64,000 nucleotides of DNA from Candidatus Woesearchaeota archaeon (GTDB lineage: Archaea; Nanobdellota; Nanobdellia; SCGC-AAA011-G17; GW2011-AR20). The stretch is from assembly GCA_018303005.1 (NCBI GenBank), contig JAGVYY010000031.1:24994-88993 (forward strand), written 5' to 3'. Position 1 is the stretch's first letter. Each line of letters begins with the position of its first letter. This document shows, piece after piece, positions 37,550-47,886 of this stretch. Below the pieces are notes generated by a model. The model was not told where the DNA came from. It saw only the letters and a program-made list of their open reading frames with translations, and did not search any database. Both the position numbers and the translations under genes were made by a program.

Positions 37550-38232
37550 TTGAAAGACAGATACTATCAAAGAAGATGAAAGAGAATTTGATAGAAGGTT
37601 ACATAGCTGAACAAATATCAAGCAAAGCATACAGCAGAATTGAGATAAAAAAAACACCTCTTGGAGAGCGCATCCTTGTTTATACTTCAAAACCAGGGTT
37701 AGTGGTGGGAAGAGGAGGTTCAAATATATCAAAACTTACACATGGCCTGAAAACAAGGTTTGATCTCGAAAATCCTCAGATAGAGGTCATAGAAATTGAA
37801 AACCCTAATCTTGACCCAAAGACAATTGCAGATAAGATAGTCGCAAATTTTGAAAGATATGGTCCGAAGAGGTTTAAGTCAGTAGGATACAGGTCACTAC
37901 AGGATATAATGGATGCTGGAGCAACAGGTGCTGAAATAGTGATATCGGGAAGAGGAGTTCCTGGAAGCAGGGCAAAGAGCTGGAGGTTCTCAGCAGGACA
38001 TTTGAAAAAATCAGGAGATATATCGGAAAATTATATGATAAGGGCGATTTCAGTTGCCCATTTAAAGTCAGGCTCTGTTGGCATTAAAGTAAGCATATTA
38101 ACACCAGATGTAGAATTGCCTGACAATATAAGAATGAAAGAACTGCCGGCAGAGGATAAAAAAATAAATCTAGAAAAAACAAAAAAGGAAGATAAGGAAA
38201 ATAAGGAAGATGCTGAAGAAAAAGAATCTTAA
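37546..38232 (+). CDS. rps3: Ribosomal protein uS3 (KH domain) with a K/E-rich C-terminal tail
   Basis: The expected gene in the conserved gene order. Confidence 0.9.
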   Translation: MIERQILSKKMKENLIEGYIAEQISSKAYSRIEIKKTPLGERILVYTSKPGLVVGRGGSNISKLTHGLKTRFDLENPQIEVIEIENPNLDPKTIADKIVANFERYGPKRFKSVGYRSLQDIMDAGATGAEIVISGRGVPGSRAKSWRFSAGHLKKSGDISENYMIRAISVAHLKSGSVGIKVSILTPDVELPDNIRMKELPAEDKKINLEKTKKEDKENKEDAEEKES

Positions 38233-38425
38233 AAAGCTTTCAGATCATGAGCTTAAAGGGAAACTTGAAGAGTTAAGGAAGGAAATGATTAAGATTAATG
38301 CACAAATTTCAACAGGTTCAGCGCCTGCAAACAAAGGCGGCATAAGACAAATAAAGAAAAATATTGCAAGAATACTGACATTTATAAATCAAAATAAAAC
38401 AAAAATACAGGAGGTTAAAAAATAA
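38210..38425 (+). CDS. rpl29: Ribosomal protein uL29
   Basis: Conserved gene order and a coiled-coil L29-like sequence. Confidence 0.8.
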   Translation: MLKKKNLKKLSDHELKGKLEELRKEMIKINAQISTGSAPANKGGIRQIKKNIARILTFINQNKTKIQEVKK

Positions 38426-38427
38426 TT

Positions 38428-38742
38428 ATGGCCAATGCATGCCCAAAATGTGGGCTGACGTTAGAGTTATGTGTTTGCGAGATAATAGCAAAAGAAGGAC
38501 AGCAGATAAAGATATATACCATAAAGAAGAGATTCGGCAAAACAGCGACGATGATTGAAGGTATTGATGCAAAGGACATAAACTTGAAAGATTTGGCAAA
38601 GAAACTAAAGTCAAAGTTAGCATGTGGGGGAACAGTGAAATTAGGTATAATAGAACTCCAGGGAGACCATATGCATAAAGTTAAAGACGAGCTGATAAAT
38701 CTTGGATTTGTTGCAAACACAATATATCTAAACAAAAAATAA
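38428..38742 (+). CDS. sui1: Translation initiation factor SUI1 (aIF1) with an N-terminal zinc ribbon
   Basis: CPKCGLTLELCVC, then the SUI1 domain GGTVKLGIIELQGDH. Confidence 0.85.
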   Translation: MANACPKCGLTLELCVCEIIAKEGQQIKIYTIKKRFGKTATMIEGIDAKDINLKDLAKKLKSKLACGGTVKLGIIELQGDHMHKVKDELINLGFVANTIYLNKK

Positions 38743-38746
38743 GAAA

Positions 38747-38938
38747 GTGGTAAACAAGTTGCCCGAAATAGAACTAATAGGTTCCGTTATTGAGGTAATA
38801 AAATCCAGAAATCCGGCATTAATCGGTATTAAAGGTAAGGTTATTGATGAGACAAAGAACATGATTGTAATAGAGGACAAAAACGAAAGAGTTAAAAAAT
38901 TAATTAGATCACAAGTGCAGATAAAGAAGATAAAATGA
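38747..38938 (+). CDS. rnp1: RNase P protein component Rpp29 (Rnp1)
   Basis: Conserved position between sui1 and rps17. Likely GTG start. Confidence 0.7.
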   Translation: MVNKLPEIELIGSVIEVIKSRNPALIGIKGKVIDETKNMIVIEDKNERVKKLIRSQVQIKKIK

Positions 38939-39267
38939 AATCAGAAACAAGAAACATAGGATTAGATGTGAAGACTCCTAAGGATAGATGCACTGATGTA
39001 AATTGCCCTTTTCATGGAACTGTAAAGATAAGAGGAAGGCTGTTCCGTGGAGGCATAACAAAGACAGATGTCTCAAACACAGCCACTGTTGTGCTATATT
39101 ATTACAATTATTTAAGAAAATATGAAAGATACGAAAAAAAGCAAACCAGATTAAAAGTTCATAATCCTCCATGCATAAATGCCAAAGTTGGTGATAATGT
39201 CCTTGTCGGAGAGACCAGACCAATATCAAAGACAAAACATTTTGCAATATTAGAGGTGTCTAAATAA
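38935..39267 (+). CDS. rps17: Ribosomal protein uS17
   Basis: The expected gene in the conserved gene order. Confidence 0.9.
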   Translation: MKSETRNIGLDVKTPKDRCTDVNCPFHGTVKIRGRLFRGGITKTDVSNTATVVLYYYNYLRKYERYEKKQTRLKVHNPPCINAKVGDNVLVGETRPISKTKHFAILEVSK

Positions 39268-39268
39268 A

Positions 39269-39670
39269 ATGAAATCAGTGCAGGCAAGAGTAACAAGAGC
39301 ATTACCTTTTGGCGCAAGAGTTGATGTTTGTGACAATTCAGGAGCCAAAACAATAAGAATATTTTCTGTTTACGGGCATAAGACTGTGAAAGGAAGATAT
39401 CAAGAAGCAGGCATTGGTGATCTAGTGAATGCATCAATCATAAAAGGTAAACCCGGAATGAAAAAACAAGTTGTTCAAGCCGTTATTGTGCGGCAGAAAA
39501 AACCATATAGAAGGTTAAATGGCGAAAGGATAAAATTTGAGGATAATGCTGCTGTTGTTCTTAAAGATGATAAGGGAAATCCAAAAGGTACAATAATAAA
39601 AGGACCAATAGCAAAAGAAGCAGCATCAAAATGGCCAGCAATAGCAAAAATAGCGAGCGCAGTACTATAA
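39269..39670 (+). CDS. rpl14: Ribosomal protein uL14
   Basis: The expected gene in the conserved gene order. Confidence 0.95.
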   Translation: MKSVQARVTRALPFGARVDVCDNSGAKTIRIFSVYGHKTVKGRYQEAGIGDLVNASIIKGKPGMKKQVVQAVIVRQKKPYRRLNGERIKFEDNAAVVLKDDKGNPKGTIIKGPIAKEAASKWPAIAKIASAVL

Positions 39671-39671
39671 A

Positions 39672-40052
39672 ATGAAATCAAAATTCTCAGTATCATGGAA
39701 ATCATCATGTCAAAAACGAAAGCAAAATAAATATAGGCATAATGCCCCTTTGCATATAAAACATAAATTTTTGTCAGTGCACTTTTCAAAAGAATTAAGG
39801 ACAAAGTATAAAAAAAGAAGTTTTCCTGTAAGAAAAGGCGATCTGGTAAAGGTCATGAGTGGCCAGTTCAAAGGTAAAACCGGAAAAATAAATGCAGTCT
39901 TACTTAAGAGAACAAGAGTTTACATCGACAATATACAAAGGAACAAGCAGGACGGAAGCAAACCATTCATACCATTGCATCCATCAAATCTGCAATTGTT
40001 GGACATTGACCTGACAGACAAGAATAGGATAAAAGCGCTAGAAAGAAAATAA
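39672..40052 (+). CDS. rpl24: Ribosomal protein uL24 (KOW)
   Basis: The expected gene in the conserved gene order. Confidence 0.85.
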   Translation: MKSKFSVSWKSSCQKRKQNKYRHNAPLHIKHKFLSVHFSKELRTKYKKRSFPVRKGDLVKVMSGQFKGKTGKINAVLLKRTRVYIDNIQRNKQDGSKPFIPLHPSNLQLLDIDLTDKNRIKALERK

Positions 40053-40053
40053 G

Positions 40054-40749
40054 ATGGCACATCTATCAAGACACAATACACCGAAAGGATGGAGAATTAA
40101 AAGGAAAGAAACCAAATGGATAACTAAGCCGCTTCCAGGGCCTCACGCAATCAAAAGAGCAATATCAATAAGCCTATTGCTCAAGAATCTATTATGTTAT
40201 GCCAAAACAACAAGAGAAGTTCATTATATCCTCCATAATAAGGAGATAATGATTAATAACGTAATAAGGGTGGATGAGAAATTTCCAATCGGTATCTTTG
40301 ATATTATAGAAATACCAAAAACAAAAGAATATTTCAGATTATTCCAGGATGAACATTCAAGATTTGTATTGCATAAAGTTTCAAAAGAAGAGGCAGGGAT
40401 AAAACCCTCAAAAATAATAAACAAAACTAGATTAAAGAAAGGTAAAACACAGATAAATTTATTTGATGGAAGAAACATGGTAGTAGAAGAAGATACATAT
40501 AAAGTATGTGACACATTAATCTTAGACCTTAAATCAAATAAGATAAGATCACACTTAAAATTAGAGAAAAATGTAAAAATATACCTGATGGAAGGAAAGT
40601 ATACCGGGCATGTGGCAGTAGTCGAAGATATAATCCAGACAAATAATCTTAATCCAAGCAGACTGATCTGCGGATATAAAAACAAAAAATTTGAAACATT
40701 AAAAAAATATGCTTTTGTAATAGGAAATGAAATTACCACACCAGAATAA
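40054..40749 (+). CDS. rps4e: Ribosomal protein eS4
   Basis: MAHLSRHNTPKGWRIKRKE... Confidence 0.9.
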   Translation: MAHLSRHNTPKGWRIKRKETKWITKPLPGPHAIKRAISISLLLKNLLCYAKTTREVHYILHNKEIMINNVIRVDEKFPIGIFDIIEIPKTKEYFRLFQDEHSRFVLHKVSKEEAGIKPSKIINKTRLKKGKTQINLFDGRNMVVEEDTYKVCDTLILDLKSNKIRSHLKLEKNVKIYLMEGKYTGHVAVVEDIIQTNNLNPSRLICGYKNKKFETLKKYAFVIGNEITTPE

Positions 40750-40750
40750 A

Positions 40751-41257
40751 ATGCGTGAAATAAAAATAGAAAAAGTTACACTGAACATGGGTGTAGGTAG
40801 TGCCGGAGATAAACTAAACAAAGCAAAGAGATTGTTAGAGCAGATTGCAGGAACAAAATCCATAGAGACCAAAACAATGGAGAGAATTCCTTCATGGGGA
40901 TTGAGACCTAAACTGCCTATAGGATGCAAAATAACTATCCGTGGAAAAAAAGCTGAGAAGCTGGCAGCAAGATTATTAAAGGCATTGGATAATAAATTAA
41001 AGAAGAAGAGTTTTGATGATTTTGGGAATATTTCATTCGGAATAAAAGAATATATCGATATACCTGAAATAGAATACAATCCGGAGTTTGGGATTATAGG
41101 GCTGGAGGCAGCAGTAACCTTGGAAAGAGCCGGGTTTAGAATTAAGAGAAGGATAAAATCAGGAAAAATACCGTCCAGGCATAAAATCATGAAAGAAGAC
41201 GCTATTGAATTTATGAAAGATAAGTTCAATGTAACAATAACAGAAGAAGAGAAATAA
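40751..41257 (+). CDS. rpl5: Ribosomal protein uL5
   Basis: The ATG at 40751 follows the rps4e stop. The track ORF begins at an upstream in-frame ATG at 40727 that overlaps rps4e. Confidence 0.9.
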   Translation: MREIKIEKVTLNMGVGSAGDKLNKAKRLLEQIAGTKSIETKTMERIPSWGLRPKLPIGCKITIRGKKAEKLAARLLKALDNKLKKKSFDDFGNISFGIKEYIDIPEIEYNPEFGIIGLEAAVTLERAGFRIKRRIKSGKIPSRHKIMKEDAIEFMKDKFNVTITEEEK

Positions 41258-41258
41258 A

Positions 41259-41489
41259 ATGTCATATAGTAATTATTCAAAAGCATTAAAGCAACTTGAG
41301 GTCAAACCACAGAAGCTTAAGAAATATCTCAAGCATAATGCACCAAAGAACAGAAAATTTGGCATAGCTGTAAGAAGATGCAGGTTCTGTGGCAGAATAG
41401 GAGGTCATATAAGAAAATACGGAATGGAACTCTGCAGGCATTGTTTCAGGGAACAGGCCAAAAAATTAGGGTTCAGGAAATACTCATAA
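41259..41489 (+). CDS. rps14: Ribosomal protein uS14 (zinc type)
   Basis: CRFCGR...CRHC. Confidence 0.85.
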   Translation: MSYSNYSKALKQLEVKPQKLKKYLKHNAPKNRKFGIAVRRCRFCGRIGGHIRKYGMELCRHCFREQAKKLGFRKYS

Positions 41490-41490
41490 A

Positions 41491-41883
41491 ATGTCAATGA
41501 ACGATCCATTAGCAAATGTATTATCTCACATAAATAATTGTGAGAAAACAGGCAAGATAGATTGTACTGTGAGACCTTCCTCAAAAATAATAATAAAAGT
41601 GCTGAACATAATGAAAGACCATGATTATATCAAAGACATGACAATAACTGAAGACGGTAAAGGCAATATAATAAAAGTAGGATTATTAGGGAATATAAAT
41701 CAGTGCAATGTAATAAAACCAAGGCTTTCATTTAAGATTCATAACATGGAAAAATTTGAGAAAAGATTCCTGCTTGCCAGGGATTTTGGAATATTGATTG
41801 TTTCTACACCAAAAGGTATTATGACCCATCTAGAAGCCAAAGATAAAAAAATCGGCGGCAGACTTATCGCTTACGTGTATTAG
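41491..41883 (+). CDS. rps8: Ribosomal protein uS8
   Basis: The expected gene in the conserved gene order. Confidence 0.9.
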   Translation: MSMNDPLANVLSHINNCEKTGKIDCTVRPSSKIIIKVLNIMKDHDYIKDMTITEDGKGNIIKVGLLGNINQCNVIKPRLSFKIHNMEKFEKRFLLARDFGILIVSTPKGIMTHLEAKDKKIGGRLIAYVY

Positions 41884-41956
41884 TTTTTCCATTTAATGAC
41901 AAGATTTGACCGGCATAACCTTTATAAAAGTTAATTTTCTCAGTCTAATACTCAAA

Positions 41957-42508
41957 ATGGTAAAAAACTTTGTCGAAGAGAAAATTGAAATTCCAGATAA
42001 TGTGGATTTGACTATTGACAATGATCTAGTAAAGGTTAAAGGACCAAAAGGAGAGAACCAAAGAAAGTTCAAGATTCCACTGGTCAAATTACAGAAAACA
42101 GATAATTTCCTTGTGCTGAAAACATCCAGAAATACAAAAAAAGAAAAAAGAATGCTTTACACAACAAGATCCCACATTAAAAATCTGATAGATGGGGCAA
42201 TAAATGAATATGTATACACATTAAAAATTCTCTCAAGCCATTTTCCAATGACAGTATCAATTTCAAATAACGAGCTGATAATAAAGAATTTTCTAGGGGA
42301 AAAAATACCAAGAAGAGCCCAGATATTAACAGGAATAAATGTCGATATCGCTGGAGATATAGTGACTGTCTCAGGAACAAATCTAGAATCAGCCGGGCAA
42401 ACTGCCTCAAACATAGAACAGGCATGTAGAATAACAAACAAGGACAGAAGAGTATTCATGGATGGCATATGGCTGACATCAAAAGCAAAGGATAAAGCTA
42501 AAAAATGA
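41957..42508 (+). CDS. rpl6: Ribosomal protein uL6
   Basis: ATG at 41957 (MVKNFVEEKIEIPDNV). The track ORF starts at an upstream alternative TTG. Confidence 0.85.
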   Translation: MVKNFVEEKIEIPDNVDLTIDNDLVKVKGPKGENQRKFKIPLVKLQKTDNFLVLKTSRNTKKEKRMLYTTRSHIKNLIDGAINEYVYTLKILSSHFPMTVSISNNELIIKNFLGEKIPRRAQILTGINVDIAGDIVTVSGTNLESAGQTASNIEQACRITNKDRRVFMDGIWLTSKAKDKAKK

Positions 42509-43050
42509 GAATTATAAAGAAGCCGGTGTTTCTAAGGACAGATGCCCCCCATCTTAAAGACCTGGAGATAAAATGGAAAAAACCCAGAGGTAAGCATAAC
42601 AAAATTAGGTTGGGAAAGAAAGGAAAAAGATTAAGGCCTAAGATTGGATATTCTAATTCAAAGACATTAAAGAATAAGATCCAAAATTTAATTCCTGTAA
42701 CAATAAAGAACGAAAAAGATATTAGTTTAATAAACAAAGAGGATAATATAGCAATAATTTCAAAGAGTCTAGGCATAAAAAAAAGAATAAATATAGTCAG
42801 GAAATTGCTGGACTCGAACATAAAAGTGGCGAATTTCCCTGATTTAGATGATTATTATAATAAAATTGAGAAGACAGTTGAGAAAAGAAAGGAAACAAAG
42901 TACCTGAAAGAGCAGAAAAAAGAAAAATCAAGAGAAGAAATAAAAAAAATTCAGGAGAAGACCCAGAAGGAAGAAAAGGCAAAAACAGAAGAGCAAAGGG
43001 AAAAGGAACAAGAAGAAGAAAAAAGAAGATTGCTGGAGAGCGCAAAATAA
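42505..43050 (+). CDS. rpl32e: Ribosomal protein eL32 with an unusual K/E-rich C-terminal extension of about 70 aa
   Basis: The N-terminal approximately 110 aa is L32e-like. The tail is ...KEQKKEKSREEIKKIQEKTQKEEKAKTEEQREKEQEEEKRRLLESAK. Confidence 0.8.
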   Translation: MRIIKKPVFLRTDAPHLKDLEIKWKKPRGKHNKIRLGKKGKRLRPKIGYSNSKTLKNKIQNLIPVTIKNEKDISLINKEDNIAIISKSLGIKKRINIVRKLLDSNIKVANFPDLDDYYNKIEKTVEKRKETKYLKEQKKEKSREEIKKIQEKTQKEEKAKTEEQREKEQEEEKRRLLESAK

Positions 43051-43051
43051 A

Positions 43052-43513
43052 ATGTCACTTAAGTTGCAGAAAAGAATAGCATCATATTTGCTTAATGTAA
43101 GCAAGAACAAAATAAAATTCAATGACAAGAATCTCCAGGAGATAGGAGACGCAATAACCAAGTCAGATGTAAGAAAACTAATAGGCAAGAAGATAATAAC
43201 AGTAAAAAAGGTCAATGCACAATCAAGGTATAGAGCACGTTTAAATCTGCTCAGGAAAAGGAAAGGAAGGAAGCAGGGCATTGGATCAAGAAAAGGAAGC
43301 AAAAATGCAAGACTCCCAAGCAAAAAAGCATGGATAAACAAGATAAGGATGCAAAGATCATTGTTAAACATCTTAAGGAGCAAAGGCCTGCTGACAAAGG
43401 AAATATACAGGGATCTTTACAAAAAATCAAAAGGCGGATTTTTCAGAAACCAAAGGCATCTCAAGGTTTATCTGGAAGAGCATAAAATACTAAAAAATGA
43501 TGAAAATAAATAA
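43052..43513 (+). CDS. rpl19e: Ribosomal protein eL19
   Basis: The expected gene in the conserved gene order. Confidence 0.85.
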   Translation: MSLKLQKRIASYLLNVSKNKIKFNDKNLQEIGDAITKSDVRKLIGKKIITVKKVNAQSRYRARLNLLRKRKGRKQGIGSRKGSKNARLPSKKAWINKIRMQRSLLNILRSKGLLTKEIYRDLYKKSKGGFFRNQRHLKVYLEEHKILKNDENK

Positions 43514-44078
43514 AAATTACACAATAGCATATAGAAGAAAGAGAAACAAAAAAACTAATTATAGGACAAGGTTGAAATTGCTTATTTCAAGAAAACCAAG
43601 ATTAGTTATAAGAAAAACACTTAAAAGGCTTAGTGCACAGATTATAGAATATGGCGCAACAGGAGATAGGGTGATTGCATCTGCATCCACAACAGAGCTG
43701 AAGGAATTAGGTTGGCATGGTGCCATGTCAAATACTCCATCATCATATTTGCTTGGTATGTTGATAGCAAAGAAGGCCTTGAATAAAAATATCAATGATT
43801 GTATTACAGACATTGGTTTACATCCTTCTACAAAAGGATCCAGGATATATGGTGTTATAAAAGGCGCAATAGACACAGGCTTGAATATACCTTGCAGCAA
43901 AGAAGTGTTTCCTAATGAAGAAAGAATAAAGGGCCAACATATAATTGATTATTTCACAAAAATAAAAGACCCTGAAAGACACAAGAGACAATTTTCCGCT
44001 CACATGAAAAATAATTTTCAAATAGGAGACTTATCAAAAGAATTTGATAAGGTCAAAGCAAGAATCTTAGGAAAATGA
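43497..44078 (+). CDS. rpl18: Ribosomal protein uL18
   Basis: The expected gene in the conserved gene order. Confidence 0.85.
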   Translation: MMKINKNYTIAYRRKRNKKTNYRTRLKLLISRKPRLVIRKTLKRLSAQIIEYGATGDRVIASASTTELKELGWHGAMSNTPSSYLLGMLIAKKALNKNINDCITDIGLHPSTKGSRIYGVIKGAIDTGLNIPCSKEVFPNEERIKGQHIIDYFTKIKDPERHKRQFSAHMKNNFQIGDLSKEFDKVKARILGK

Positions 44079-44821
44079 AAGAATCAATTGAAGAAAAAAA
44101 TAAAATTGAAGAAGTTCCACAAGGAATAGTTCTATCAAAAGGATTTGATAAAGAAGCTTGGGTTCCGAAAACAGAGTTAGGCAGAAGAGTAAAAAAAGGC
44201 GAGATAAAAAATATCAATGATCTGACGAACATGGGGAAAAAAATATTGGAACCGGAAATTGTAGATTATCTAGTGAATGATCTTGAATCTGAAATAATAG
44301 CTATTGGCCAGTCAAAAGGCAAGTTCGGTGGAGGAAAAAGAAGCATATGGCGCCAGACGCAAAAAAAGACATGTGAGGGTAATAAGCCAAAATTTGCTAC
44401 TTTAACAGCAATAGGAAACAGACAGGGCATAGTCGGAGTGGGTATGGGAAAATCTAAAGAAACAATGCCTGCAAAGGAAAAATCTCTAAGGAATGCAAAG
44501 CTAGACATAATAAGTATAAAAAGAGGATGTGGCTCATGGTCATGCTATTGCAAAACACAGCATTCTATTCCATTTACTGTTACAGGCAAATGCGGCAGCA
44601 CAAGAATAAAGCTCATGCCTGCTCCAAAGGGAACAGGTTTAAAGATGGATTCAGAACCGCAAAAGATTTTGCAGCTGGCAGGAATAACAGATATTTATTC
44701 TGATGCAAGAAATACAACAACGAAGATTAATCTCATATATGCATTATTTGGTGCATTAAAAAAATTGTCAAAGATTAAGGTTAATGAAAAATTCTCCAAG
44801 AGCTCAGGTATGACAAAATGA
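44075..44821 (+). CDS. rps5: Ribosomal protein uS5
   Basis: The expected gene in the conserved gene order. Confidence 0.9.
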   Translation: MKESIEEKNKIEEVPQGIVLSKGFDKEAWVPKTELGRRVKKGEIKNINDLTNMGKKILEPEIVDYLVNDLESEIIAIGQSKGKFGGGKRSIWRQTQKKTCEGNKPKFATLTAIGNRQGIVGVGMGKSKETMPAKEKSLRNAKLDIISIKRGCGSWSCYCKTQHSIPFTVTGKCGSTRIKLMPAPKGTGLKMDSEPQKILQLAGITDIYSDARNTTTKINLIYALFGALKKLSKIKVNEKFSKSSGMTK

Positions 44822-45288
44822 CAAAAGTGGCAATAATACGGATTAAAGGAAAAATTGGGCTTAAAAAAGAAATAAAAGATACTTTAAATATACTGAGGCT
44901 TTTTAACAAACATACATGTGTTATCATCGACAATAATCAGTATTACATAGGGATGCTGAAGAAAATTAAAGATGTAGTAACATGGGGAGAAATTGATCAG
45001 GAGACATTCGTTCTTTTATTCAGCAGGAGAGGAAAGATAATGGGCGACAAACCACTAACAGAAGATTACCTCAAAGAAAAGACAAATCTGGATTATGCGC
45101 AATTTGCAAAAGAATTTTTTTCCGGCAGCAAACAATTGAAAGACATACCCGGATTTAAACAATTTTTCAGATTAAGACCGCCTGAAAAAGGTTTTGAAAG
45201 AGCAGGCATAAAATTACCTTATTCACTTGGAGGAACATTAGGTTACAGGAAAGACAAGATTAATGATTTAATCAAGAGGATGTTATAA
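44818..45288 (+). CDS. rpl30: Ribosomal protein uL30
   Basis: The expected gene in the conserved gene order. Confidence 0.85.
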   Translation: MTKVAIIRIKGKIGLKKEIKDTLNILRLFNKHTCVIIDNNQYYIGMLKKIKDVVTWGEIDQETFVLLFSRRGKIMGDKPLTEDYLKEKTNLDYAQFAKEFFSGSKQLKDIPGFKQFFRLRPPEKGFERAGIKLPYSLGGTLGYRKDKINDLIKRML

Positions 45289-45750
45289 ATGGTAGTCCAC
45301 AAAAGAAAAAAATTAAAGAGATATAGGGGTTCAATGACCCATGGATGGGGTGCCAAGAAAAAACATAGGGGTGCAGGAAACAGAGGAGGAGTGGGGATGG
45401 CCGGCTCTGGAAAAAGAGCAGACCAAAAAAAGATATCAATAATAAAATATTATGGGCATGAATATTTTGGAAAAAAAGGATTCAGAAGACCACAAAAAAT
45501 GTTAAGAGAGATAAAATCAATAAATATCGCAAGTCTAGAGCAAAAAATCCCTCTCTATCTTTCAAAGCAGAAAATAAAAGAGGAAAACGGCAAATACATT
45601 ATAAACCTCACTGAGCTTGGATATGGAAAATTGCTCGGCTCAGGAAAAATAAAGACAAGAATGGAAGTGACAGTGCATACTGCATCAAGAAATGCAGTTG
45701 CAAGAATAGAAGAGGCCAAAGGCAAGGTCATTTCAGAAAGAAAAGAGTAA
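45289..45750 (+). CDS. rpl15: Ribosomal protein uL15
   Basis: The expected gene in the conserved gene order. Confidence 0.9.
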   Translation: MVVHKRKKLKRYRGSMTHGWGAKKKHRGAGNRGGVGMAGSGKRADQKKISIIKYYGHEYFGKKGFRRPQKMLREIKSINIASLEQKIPLYLSKQKIKEENGKYIINLTELGYGKLLGSGKIKTRMEVTVHTASRNAVARIEEAKGKVISERKE

Positions 45751-45762
45751 AAAAAGAGTAAA

Positions 45763-47142
45763 ATGCCATTTAAAGATTTTTTAACAAGCCTGCCGGAAGT
45801 CAAGGCACCTGATCAGAAATATAGATCATTCAAAGAGAAATTAAAATGGACATTGACTATATTAATCGCTTATTTCCTTCTGGGAGTTATTCCTCTTTTC
45901 GGTTTGGGGGAAAATGCACTTCAGCAATTTGAGTTTCTGTCTATAATTCTCGGGGCCCAATTCGGCTCCTTAATATCTCTAGGAATAGGGCCGATAGTAA
46001 CATCATCAATTGTTCTCCAGCTGCTAGTAGGATCTGGATTGCTAAAGATAGATACAACAAAACATGAAGACAGGGTTTTTTTCCAGGGATTGCAGAAGGT
46101 ATTATCCATATTCTTCATAATATTTGAAGGCCTGATATATGTATTTATGGGTGGTTTATCACCTGCTGCAGGATTCTCTCCCTGGATTCTTGTATTTCAG
46201 TTATTCCTGGGTGGTCTGCTGATATTATACATGGATGAAGTAACAAGCAAATGGGGATTTGGTTCAGGGGTATCATTATTCATTGCTGCAGGCGTAGCTT
46301 CACAAATTGTAATAAGCGCATTATCGCCACTCACAACAGCAGGGAATCTTGCTTTTGGTTCAGGACAGGCTCCAGTAGGCAGAATCTTTGTGTTTTTCAT
46401 TTCATTATTTCAGGGAAACATACTTGAGGCCGTTTTAGCTTTGTCTGCAATCTTAGCTACAATAGCAGTATTTTTTATTGCAGTATATGCGCAGGCAATG
46501 AAAGTTGAAATCCCTCTTTCTTTTGGCAGGGTAAGGGGATATGGCATAAGATGGCCATTAAGTTTTATCTATACAAGCAACATACCTGTTATTCTAGTGG
46601 CAGCGCTTCTTGCTAACATACAATTATGGGCGCGCTTACTGGAAAAAGCTGGTCATCCTTTATTAGGTACATTTTCAGGCAACGTACCTGTCGCAGGAAT
46701 AGTTGCATGGATATATTCACCGAATATAATCCAAGACCTGCTCACAGGCAATTTTATAAGCATAAATATTTTGAAATCATTGGTATATGTTGCATTTATG
46801 ATTATAGGTTCTGTCATATTTTCAATATTCTGGGTCCAGACATCAGGGATGGATGCCAAATCACAAGCTAAACAGATAATGGCATCAGGATTGCAGGTTC
46901 CGGGATTCAGGAGAGATGAAAGAGTCGTGGAGCATATACTCTCCAGATACATCAAACCATTAACAGTTATGGGTGCTGTTACAGTTGGTTTTTTGGCAGC
47001 TCTTGCAGACTTAACAGGGGCTCTGTCAAGAGGCACAGGAATTCTTCTGGCAGTAATGATAATATACAAGCTGTATGAAGACATAGCTCACCAGCATATG
47101 ATGGATATGCACCCTGCATTAAGGCAGTTCATGAAAAAATGA
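45763..47142 (+). CDS. secY: Preprotein translocase SecY
   Basis: 10 TM segments. It follows rpl15, as is conserved. Confidence 0.95.
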   Translation: MPFKDFLTSLPEVKAPDQKYRSFKEKLKWTLTILIAYFLLGVIPLFGLGENALQQFEFLSIILGAQFGSLISLGIGPIVTSSIVLQLLVGSGLLKIDTTKHEDRVFFQGLQKVLSIFFIIFEGLIYVFMGGLSPAAGFSPWILVFQLFLGGLLILYMDEVTSKWGFGSGVSLFIAAGVASQIVISALSPLTTAGNLAFGSGQAPVGRIFVFFISLFQGNILEAVLALSAILATIAVFFIAVYAQAMKVEIPLSFGRVRGYGIRWPLSFIYTSNIPVILVAALLANIQLWARLLEKAGHPLLGTFSGNVPVAGIVAWIYSPNIIQDLLTGNFISINILKSLVYVAFMIIGSVIFSIFWVQTSGMDAKSQAKQIMASGLQVPGFRRDERVVEHILSRYIKPLTVMGAVTVGFLAALADLTGALSRGTGILLAVMIIYKLYEDIAHQHMMDMHPALRQFMKK

Positions 47143-47609
47143 AAATAGTTAACTTTAAAAAAAATACTGATAATCATATAAAAATGGCAATAATAACAGG
47201 TTTTACAGTATGGGCACAAACATATCCGTTATATAGCATTGTATTGGTATCATTCTTGATAACATTATTTACAACAGTAATTTACAAATATGTTTCAGAC
47301 CAGAAAACAATGAAGATCTTAAAAGACGAGATCAAATTACTGCAGAAAGAGATGAAAGAAGTTAAAGACAATCCAAAGAAGATTTTAGACAAGCAAAAAG
47401 AATTAATGGAGAAAAATTTCTCTATGATGAAGCACTCATTAAAGCCTAGCCTTTATACAGCACTTCCCTTGCTCTTAATATTTTATTTTATTAGGAATGT
47501 ATATATAAATACCGGCGCAGTGTTGTTCAACCTGACATGGATATGGGCATATATAATATTTTCAATAATATTCAGCTTGATAATAAGAAAGATAATGAAG
47601 GTATACTAA
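47139..47609 (+). CDS. DUF106-family membrane protein (archaeal YidC/Oxa1/EMC3-like insertase homolog)
   Basis: TM1, then the coiled coil KILKDEIKLLQKEMKEVKDNPKK, then two more TM segments. Confidence 0.55.
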   Translation: MKIVNFKKNTDNHIKMAIITGFTVWAQTYPLYSIVLVSFLITLFTTVIYKYVSDQKTMKILKDEIKLLQKEMKEVKDNPKKILDKQKELMEKNFSMMKHSLKPSLYTALPLLLIFYFIRNVYINTGAVLFNLTWIWAYIIFSIIFSLIIRKIMKVY

Positions 47610-47610
47610 A

Positions 47611-47886
47611 ATGACAGCACCAAGATTTAGATCAAGGACATTTAGAAGGATATACACAAGAACACCAGGTGCCAATGTTGTATTGCATCACAAAAAAAGA
47701 AAACCTGGCAAGCTGAAATGTGCTAATTGTAAGAGCGTCTTAAAAGGCAGGAAATCAGATATCCCCTCAAGAATAAACAAGTTAACAAGATCAAAAAAAA
47801 CAATAAAGAGAATGTTCGGTGGTTATCTCTGTTCAAAATGTTCCAGAAGGACAATAATAAACAGGTTCAGGAGTAAAAATGAATAA
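47611..47886 (+). CDS. rpl34e: Ribosomal protein eL34
   Basis: RSRTFRRIYTRTPGANVVLHHKKRKPGKLKCANC. Confidence 0.85.
   Translation: MTAPRFRSRTFRRIYTRTPGANVVLHHKKRKPGKLKCANCKSVLKGRKSDIPSRINKLTRSKKTIKRMFGGYLCSKCSRRTIINRFRSKNE

Noticed and set aside
42928-43383. 151-aa minus-strand ORF, plus other long antisense ORFs inside cdc48, topA, lonB, rpl genes and elsewhere
   Set aside because: They overlap strongly supported genes on the opposite strand. They are low-complexity mirror images of K/E-rich or AT-rich coding sequence and have no independent support.
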